DNA of 64,000 nt from Chamaesiphon sp. Its GTDB lineage: Bacteria > Cyanobacteriota > Cyanobacteriia > Cyanobacteriales > Chamaesiphonaceae. The stretch covers positions 256,001-320,000 of the forward strand of contig CBDFFH010000005.1 of the NCBI GenBank assembly GCA_965246715.1, read 5' to 3'. The notes beneath the pieces are model-generated. The model ran no database searches and was not told the DNA's origin. It saw nothing but the letters and a program-made list of their open reading frames with translations. A program made the position numbers and the translations under genes. Position 1 is the stretch's first letter. Each line of letters starts with the position of its first letter. Below are positions 58,076 to 64,000 of this stretch, in pieces.

Positions 58076-58834
58076 CTAACCTTTTTTAATCAGCGTGGGG
58101 AATTGTTGACGGAGTTGGGCTAGTTTTGGCAGATCGAACCTGACGATATAGAATTGAGTAGGATTACGCTCGATAAAATTTTGATGATAATCTTCAGCCG
58201 CATAAAACTCAGCTAAGGGTACTATTTGGGTCGCAATTGGTTCTCTGAAAATGCGAGCTTTGTTCAGCCGATCGATATAATCTTTGGCTACTTGCTGCTG
58301 TTCGGAGCTGGTAAAAAATATTGCCGATCGATACTGGGTACCGCTATCTGGCTCCTGGCGATTTACCTGCGTGGGATCGTGAGCGATGAGAAAGTAAATC
58401 TTCAATAACTGTCCGTAGGAAATTTGAGTAGGATCGTAAGTAATTTTAACCGCCTCTGCATGACCTGTCGTACCAGTGCTGACGAGATCGTAGTTAGCAG
58501 TTACCGCAGTGCCACCAGAGTAACCAGAGACAACATTAGAAACACCTTTAAGATGTTCAAATACTGCTTCTACACCCCAAAAACAGCCGCCAGCGAGGAC
58601 GATCGTTTGTTCTCCTTTGACTTTAGCGGCGGGAATATCAACTGGCGGATCGATTTTCATGCCTGCTAAAGATACTGGAGCCGATTCAGCAGTAGGACTA
58701 GAGAAAATCGTGTGCGACATAATGCCAAAGGCAACTGCGATTAGTGACACGATCGAGAGGCTAAATACGAATCTATAGTTATGTGACATCATAGGCGAAG
58801 TGGTAAGTTTAGACGGGGTAAATTTAGCTTTCAT
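58076..58834 (-). CDS. msrA: Peptide-methionine (S)-S-oxide reductase with N-terminal signal or TM segment
   Basis: GGCFWG, GHAE, QYRS and AEDYHQ motifs. Confidence 0.95.
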   Translation of the reverse strand: MKAKFTPSKLTTSPMMSHNYRFVFSLSIVSLIAVAFGIMSHTIFSSPTAESAPVSLAGMKIDPPVDIPAAKVKGEQTIVLAGGCFWGVEAVFEHLKGVSNVVSGYSGGTAVTANYDLVSTGTTGHAEAVKITYDPTQISYGQLLKIYFLIAHDPTQVNRQEPDSGTQYRSAIFFTSSEQQQVAKDYIDRLNKARIFREPIATQIVPLAEFYAAEDYHQNFIERNPTQFYIVRFDLPKLAQLRQQFPTLIKKG

Positions 58835-59015
58835 TTGCGATTTTCCTAATATTTGGATGGCTCTATTATTTTCTAGAGGACAGTAGAAATCTGCTCTAAA
58901 CCCATAACAACCGATCGATTAGATCTACGAGCAGAACGTTCGATCGGATTCATTTATGTAGCGATTTATGGTCAGATAAATACTGTGAAGCTGACAACAT
59001 TAGCTTAGGAATTTA

Positions 59016-59113
59016 ATTATCTCCGCTCGCACTAGAATTTATCTGAGAAAAGACCGAGAACATTCTAAGTTTTTTCTGAGAGTTTTCTTATGGCATTCTC
59101 AGCAATTTCTCAG
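59016..59113. promoter_or_regulatory. Back-to-back repeat arrays upstream of msrA-msrB
   Basis: CTAGAA/CTGAGA/CCGAGA/CTAAGT/CTGAGA at 59032/59043/59054/59065/59076 (minus strand, N10-GATAAT); TCTTAT/TCTCAG/TCTCAG at 59086/59097/59108. Confidence 0.72.
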
Positions 59114-59283
59114 ATTGTGTCGGTCTAACCTCTGGGCACAAGATTGTCAACAAGCGAGCGAGTTGTGGTTGCTGAGACCATCGCCAGAGTCAAATCGACA
59201 CGACTATAAGTAATCCATTGCACAGCACTAACTTTAAATAAACGATATAGTTCGAGCGGTCTATTATTGCCAATTACTGTGAT

Positions 59284-60020
59284 GTGATGTCTAATAATTT
59301 GTCCGCACCCACTCCTCAACAGGCTGCATTAGCGGCAATTTTGCCCACTATTCCTCTGCTTTCTAGCAAACTAGCTGGGTGGGAAGGGGTTTCACTGGAA
59401 TATTTTCGTTATCCGCCGTTTCAGACACCAGAATATTCTTATCCAGAACATAAAATTGCGATCCATACCCAGATTCCGCCAGAGTTACTAGTCGAGCGGC
59501 GATTAGATGGCAAGTTTCAAACCGATCGAGTATTGGAAAATCAGGCGATCGTCGTGCCAGCTCATGTTACTCATCAAATCGAGTGGAATCGAGAGTCAGA
59601 ATTTTTGATTATTAGCCTCGATCCTCAACTATTGAGTCAGATTGCCGATGAAACTATCGATCCAGATCGGGTGGATTTAGTGCCCAGTTTACCCAAACCC
59701 GATCCGCTGATTCATCAGATCGGGCTGACGCTTAAGCAGGAACTAACTGAAAATGGGGGCAGCGATCGCCTGTACGTTCAATCCCTCGTCAACTGTCTGT
59801 CCTTACATCTGCTCAAAAAGTACTCGACATTGACACGATCCCTCTTCCCCACCACCGATCGATCCTCACCGGATCGCCTCAAGCTGGTGCTGGAGTATAT
59901 CCATGACAACTTGGCGCAAAATCTCTCTCTGACGGATTTGGCGGCGATCGCTAATCTGAGTATCTCTCGCTTTTATCGGGTCTTTCGTCAGGGAACGGGT
60001 GTATCGCCCCATCAATATTT
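59284..60020 (+). pseudogene. AraC family regulator truncated by IS1
   Basis: First HTH present (LA..A.LS..RF.R.F...G.SP.QY); second HTH missing; IS1 IR starts at 60021. Confidence 0.85.
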
Positions 60021-60083
60021 GGCGTTGCTGGATTAGGATATGATCTAAGGCGATCGAGAGAAGTAACAAGAGCAAATATCTAA

Positions 60084-60443
60084 ATGGAATGTCCTGAATG
60101 TAGATCGTCCAATATCAATAAAAATGGGCGAATAAAGGGAAAGCAGAACCATATTTGTAAAGACTGCGGACGGCAATTTATAGATTGTTATGAAGCACAC
60201 AGAGGATATTCACCACAAATCAAGCAGAAATGTTTGTCAATGTATGTTAATGGGATGGGATTTCGAGCAATAGAAAGAGTAATGGGTGTGCATAATACAA
60301 CTGTCATGGATTGGGTGAAGCAAGTAGGGGCAAATCTCCCAGATTACTATAATTCAGACCAAATACCAGAAGTTGGTGAGTTGGATGAGTTAGAGACGTT
60401 TGTTGGCTCAAAAAAAACAAGATCTGGCTCTGGACGGCAGTAA
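60084..60443 (+). CDS. insA: IS1 InsA (Zn ribbon plus HTH)
   Basis: CPEC...C..CGRQF; HTH. Confidence 0.9.
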   Translation: MECPECRSSNINKNGRIKGKQNHICKDCGRQFIDCYEAHRGYSPQIKQKCLSMYVNGMGFRAIERVMGVHNTTVMDWVKQVGANLPDYYNSDQIPEVGELDELETFVGSKKTRSGSGRQ

Positions 60444-60835
60444 ATCACTTTCAGATGGGTATTTTAGGATGGGTATTAGGCGACCACAGTGCTAAGACAT
60501 TTAGACCGCTATGGGAGAATTTGGTAAGTACATGGAAATGTTATTTTTATGTGACGGATGGGTGGAGGGTCTATCCAATATTTATTCCAGATGGTGACCA
60601 AATCGTGAGTAAAACTTATATGACAAGAGTTGAGGGTGAAAACACTAGGCTCAGACATTACTTAGCTCGATTAAAAAGAAAAACATTATGTTATTCTAAG
60701 TGCGAACAAATGCTAAAGCATTCTATTAGATTGTTAATTCATTATCTTAAATTTGGTGAAGTACCAACTCCTAATTCAGTTAGTTCTGGCGATCGACGGC
60801 ACAGATTACCTCTCGATCGCCAAATCATATCTTAA
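60410..60835 (+). CDS. insB: IS1 InsB catalytic part (-1 frame)
   Basis: KNKIWLWTAVN, TDGW..Y and E..N.RLRH.LARL.R.T.CYSK motifs. Confidence 0.88.
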   Translation, partial: KKNKIWLWTAVNHFQMGILGWVLGDHSAKTFRPLWENLVSTWKCYFYVTDGWRVYPIFIPDGDQIVSKTYMTRVEGENTRLRHYLARLKRKTLCYSKCEQMLKHSIRLLIHYLKFGEVPTPNSVSSGDRRHRLPLDRQIIS

Positions 60836-60847
60836 TCCAGCAACGCC

Positions 60848-62138
60848 CATTTTTCTTCCTGGCGGTCATGGCCCGATGTTCGATCTGCCAGATAATCTCG
60901 ATTTGCAACGTCTGCTCCGGGAATTTTACGAAGCTGGCAAGATCGTTAGTGCCGTCTGTCATGGCCCAGCCGGACTCGTAGGTGCCACTTTAACTGACGG
61001 CACCCCTTTGGTGAAAGGTAAAATTCTCACCGCCTATACCTACGCCGAAGAAGTTGCTGCTAAACTCGATCGCGATGTCCCCTTTATCCTGGAGCATCGG
61101 TTGCGGGAACTAGGCGCACAATTTATCGCTGGTGCCAATAAAGCGAACCACGTCGAACGCGATGGACAACTAATTACCGGACAAAACCCCAACTCTAGTA
61201 CCAGCATTGCCCGTGCGATCGTCGCTACTTTAACTAATCGCCTACCACCGATCTTTGAAACTACCCCAATCGCGATCGTCCCGTCCCAAATAATTGCCAA
61301 ATTTCCGGTGAATACCTTCCTGGAAAATATTGCCACCGATCCTTACGGAAATCTGTTTGTTACTGACTACGAAGCCGGAAAAATTTACTGCGTCACCACA
61401 ACTGGAGACATCACTGAGATTGCCGATGTCGATGGTAATGCTGCTGGAATTGTCGTTGACGATCGCGGCGATCTCCTCGTCGCTGGGGCAACAAAAGCGA
61501 AAATCGCCACTGTTTTTCGGATTCATACCGATGGCACCGTCGAGCCAATTATTACTATCCCAGAGGCGATCTTCCTCAATGGGATGACTCCCTTAGCTCC
61601 CAACCGTTATCTGATTGCCGATTCGTATCTAGGCGCGATTTGGGAGATCGATCCCGTCGCGAAAACTGCCCAGATTTGGCTCCAACACGAACGCCTAGCC
61701 CGCTCCAATCCCCAGCATCCCTTTCCCGCAGTCAATGGCTTAAAAATCTATGACAACACGGTGTATGCCTCAAATACGCAGCGACAGCATTTGGTTCGGA
61801 TTCCAATTAATCCCGATCTTACCGCCGGATCGCCGGAATTATGGCTGACAAATGTTAATCTCGATGACTTTGCCTTTGATGTAACGGGCAATCTCTATGC
61901 CACAACTCATGTTTATGACAGTGTGGTGCGAATTGCTCCCGACGGATCGATCGCGACGATTGCGACCGCCGCCGAGGGGATGGTAGGGACTACCGCACTA
62001 GCCTTCGGGCGCACCGAGGGCGATCGCACGGAGATATTTGTAGTTACTAATGGGGGCATGTCTCTACCGCCAGCCACCGGAGTAGAACCAGCCAAAGTCG
62101 TGCGTCTAACCGTCGGCAGCGAAGGAGTTCTTAAATAA
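60848..62138 (+). pseudogene. DJ-1/PfpI domain fused to an SMP-30/gluconolactonase-like beta-propeller, 5'-truncated by IS1
   Basis: IFLPGGHG, AVCHGP, ITGQNP; then FLENIA, FLNG, NG and DDFA propeller motifs. Confidence 0.82.
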
Positions 62139-62139
62139 G

Positions 62140-62457
62140 ATGCGGTATGCAATTCAATGTATTTTGGCAGATAATACCGATGAAAAACGGGTCGCTTTGA
62201 GATCGGCACATCTTCGCTATATCGATGCTCACAAAGAGGAGATCTTCTGTGGTGGCCCAACTGTCACCGCAGACGGTCAGCCTGAGATGATGTTGATTAT
62301 TCTCACTGCCCCAGATCTGCGATCGGCACAAGCTTTTATTGATGCCGAACCCTACCATCAAGCGGGAATATTTGCACGAGTCACGATTCGCTTGTGGCAA
62401 CAAGTATTACCAGAGTCTCAACCAGGAGAGCTATTGAAAAAGATCGGTAGTCGGTGA
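62140..62457 (+). CDS. YciI family protein
   Basis: R..LR.AH..Y, GP and F...EPY...G motifs. Confidence 0.88.
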   Translation: MRYAIQCILADNTDEKRVALRSAHLRYIDAHKEEIFCGGPTVTADGQPEMMLIILTAPDLRSAQAFIDAEPYHQAGIFARVTIRLWQQVLPESQPGELLKKIGSR

Positions 62458-62580
62458 GCAATTGGGGAGATCTGCGATCGCTTGGAGCGAGCTGAAACTA
62501 ATCTTTAGTTGCCAAATCCGATCGACATGATTTAGCTAAAGTTCGAGTCAACTCTGAAGCGAGCGGGAACTATCGGAGGA

Positions 62581-62606
62581 AGAAATCGAGCGATCGCTCG
62601 ATTTCT
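62581..62606. repeat. Perfect 26-bp palindrome centred on HIP1, between convergent genes
   Basis: AGAAATCGAGCGATCGCTCGATTTCT. Confidence 0.7.
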
Positions 62607-62642
62607 CGCCATAATTACCAATGAAGATCGTCCGGCTTCAGG

Positions 62643-63993
62643 TTAGGCAGGAAAACACTTCCCAAATGCCTGAAGTAGCTGGATCGATCCTTTGACCCGA
62701 ATTTTGCGTCGTACTAAAGCCCAAATAATATTCTCGTCCTTACACAGAAACCCGATCCAGGTTTTACTATCGGCAATCACAGTCAGATCTGCCTTCCCGA
62801 TGTGCCCCGTCTGCACCTGCAATGTCTTGTTTTGAATCGTCACAGTGGCTCGATCGCGTTCGGCACCAGTAAAAGTAAAGTGATAAACTGCATTCAATCC
62901 CTGCGACTGGTTTCGTTGAAATAACAGCGGTAGCCCAAACAGAAAACCCGCGATCGATTGGGGACGAATCCCACTACTGACGGGTTTGACGATTTTATGA
63001 GGAAAGCGTTTGGCAGTATAGGTTTGGGCATCCGAACCTGGGATGACATAAATCGTTTCTGTTTTGTCCTGTAAGGGTTTGACCACCTCGCGCACGAACC
63101 CCTGGCGATCGCTCAAAAATGGTGCGATGACATCTTCCCCCGCCGGACAAGCTGCCATACAGTAAGCAGCCTTATAATTGGCTTTGTAGGACAGACTTTG
63201 CCACATTGAGGCAGATTCGGCAGCACTGACTTTTTGGCGATAGTCATGGGCACTATTACTGTCAGCGATCGTTTCTACCCAATCAGTAAATCCGCTCATG
63301 AACTCGCGGTAATTGTGGGTATAGCAAGCTGAGAAATTGAAATGGCCATCTGTCGCAGATCGCCCCCACCGGACAAGCCGCAACACAGAGCTTGCAATCG
63401 ATACAGGGGTTGTAATCGATCGGCTGACTGTATGCCGTCACATCCGCATCCATCAACACCACGCCCAGCAGGATAAAATTGCCAAATTTTGGATGGATGA
63501 CATTCCGGTGCAAACCCATCTGCCCCAAGCCAGCAGCTACAGACACTGGCTTGTACGACACGATCCATACTTTCCCTGGAAACCGATCCATTTCCTGGGG
63601 AAACGCCACCGATGGATTCAAAGCGCGAATGCCAATCTGTGTCAATCTTTCAACGATCGATCGCCCCACCCGATCGATCTCCTCACCACTAGCATGAAAT
63701 TCGGTATTGGCGATCGATCTGCGCCGGACTGAGGATATTATCGCGGTTCATCCGACAGACGAAGCTAATTATGGTTTTCGCCCGTGGGAATGCTGTCTAG
63801 AATATCAGCACGTTGGTCGGCGATTTCCGGTCGATCGATCTCGACAAACCCCACATCATCGGCTCCGGCTTGCAAACACATCTCTCTCAGCGAATCAGCA
63901 TTTAGAGGCGTAAATTGGCGACAACTGAAGTTTGATGCAGTCAGATCGCTCTTTCCACCAGCGGACTGTCGGATGTTCGTCAAATTTGGTCAT
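62643..63993 (-). pseudogene. QueG-like 4Fe-4S protein with C-terminal SCP2 domain, four +1 frameshifts
   Basis: MTKFDEHPTV..., GADDVG, AAGLG..G, CIDCKLCVAACPVG, C...CP and an SCP2-like tail distributed over successive frames. Confidence 0.78.
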
Positions 63994-64000
63994 GGTTAGC

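Larger units (their letters stand above)
60021..60847 (+). mobile_element. IS1-family insertion sequence
   Basis: Terminal IRs GGCGTTGCTGGATTA(G/A)GATATGAT; insA and insB frames joined by an A8C -1 slippery site at 60410. Confidence 0.93.

Noticed and set aside
189..63999. Many short antisense or overlapping ORFs in the six-frame track
   Set aside because: They are shadows of well-supported genes on other frames and show no motifs or RBS.
1..64000. CRISPR array
   Set aside because: No 25-45 bp repeats with unique spacers and no cas genes. The 11-bp-periodic boxes and the 52731-52901 repeats are too short and irregular.
1..64000. HIP1 (GCGATCGC/CGATCG) abundance as a novel repeat
   Set aside because: Well-known genome-wide cyanobacterial feature; used only as a taxonomic clue.

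Overview
Cyanobacterial DNA, judged from the very dense HIP1 sites (GCGATCGC and its CGATCG core). The window is an accessory stress/redox island with about 60 genes. Redox and repair genes: chlorite dismutase, an MXKDX methionine-rich lipoprotein, exported MsrA and MsrB, an MsrP-like molybdoenzyme with a cytochrome b, CcdA, two Tat-type thioredoxins, RclA- and RclC-like proteins, a NemR-like TetR with GST, AzoR and NDH-2. Sugar genes: four glycogen-debranching/glucosidase genes plus tal, zwf and glk. The main signal not explained by the ORF track is a shared promoter architecture: 2-5 copies of a hexamer resembling (T/A)CTCA(G/T) at exact 11-bp spacing, then 10 nt, then a -10-like hexamer. 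It occurs in front of at least 11 transcription units and suggests one OmpR-type regulon coupling glucan mobilisation and NADPH supply to methionine-sulfoxide and reactive-chlorine defence (inference; no such regulator is in the window). Other observations: seven 24-nt elements inserted at CG^ATCG (five in frame inside genes), an integron-like cassette with attC but no integrase, a peroxiredoxin/cold-shock-domain fusion, an IS1 with an adjacent deletion, an fbaB/egtD deletion chimera, an IS5 remnant and a gene with four +1 frameshifts at the window end. No rRNA, tRNA or CRISPR array was seen. All product calls come from motif recognition by eye, without database searches.
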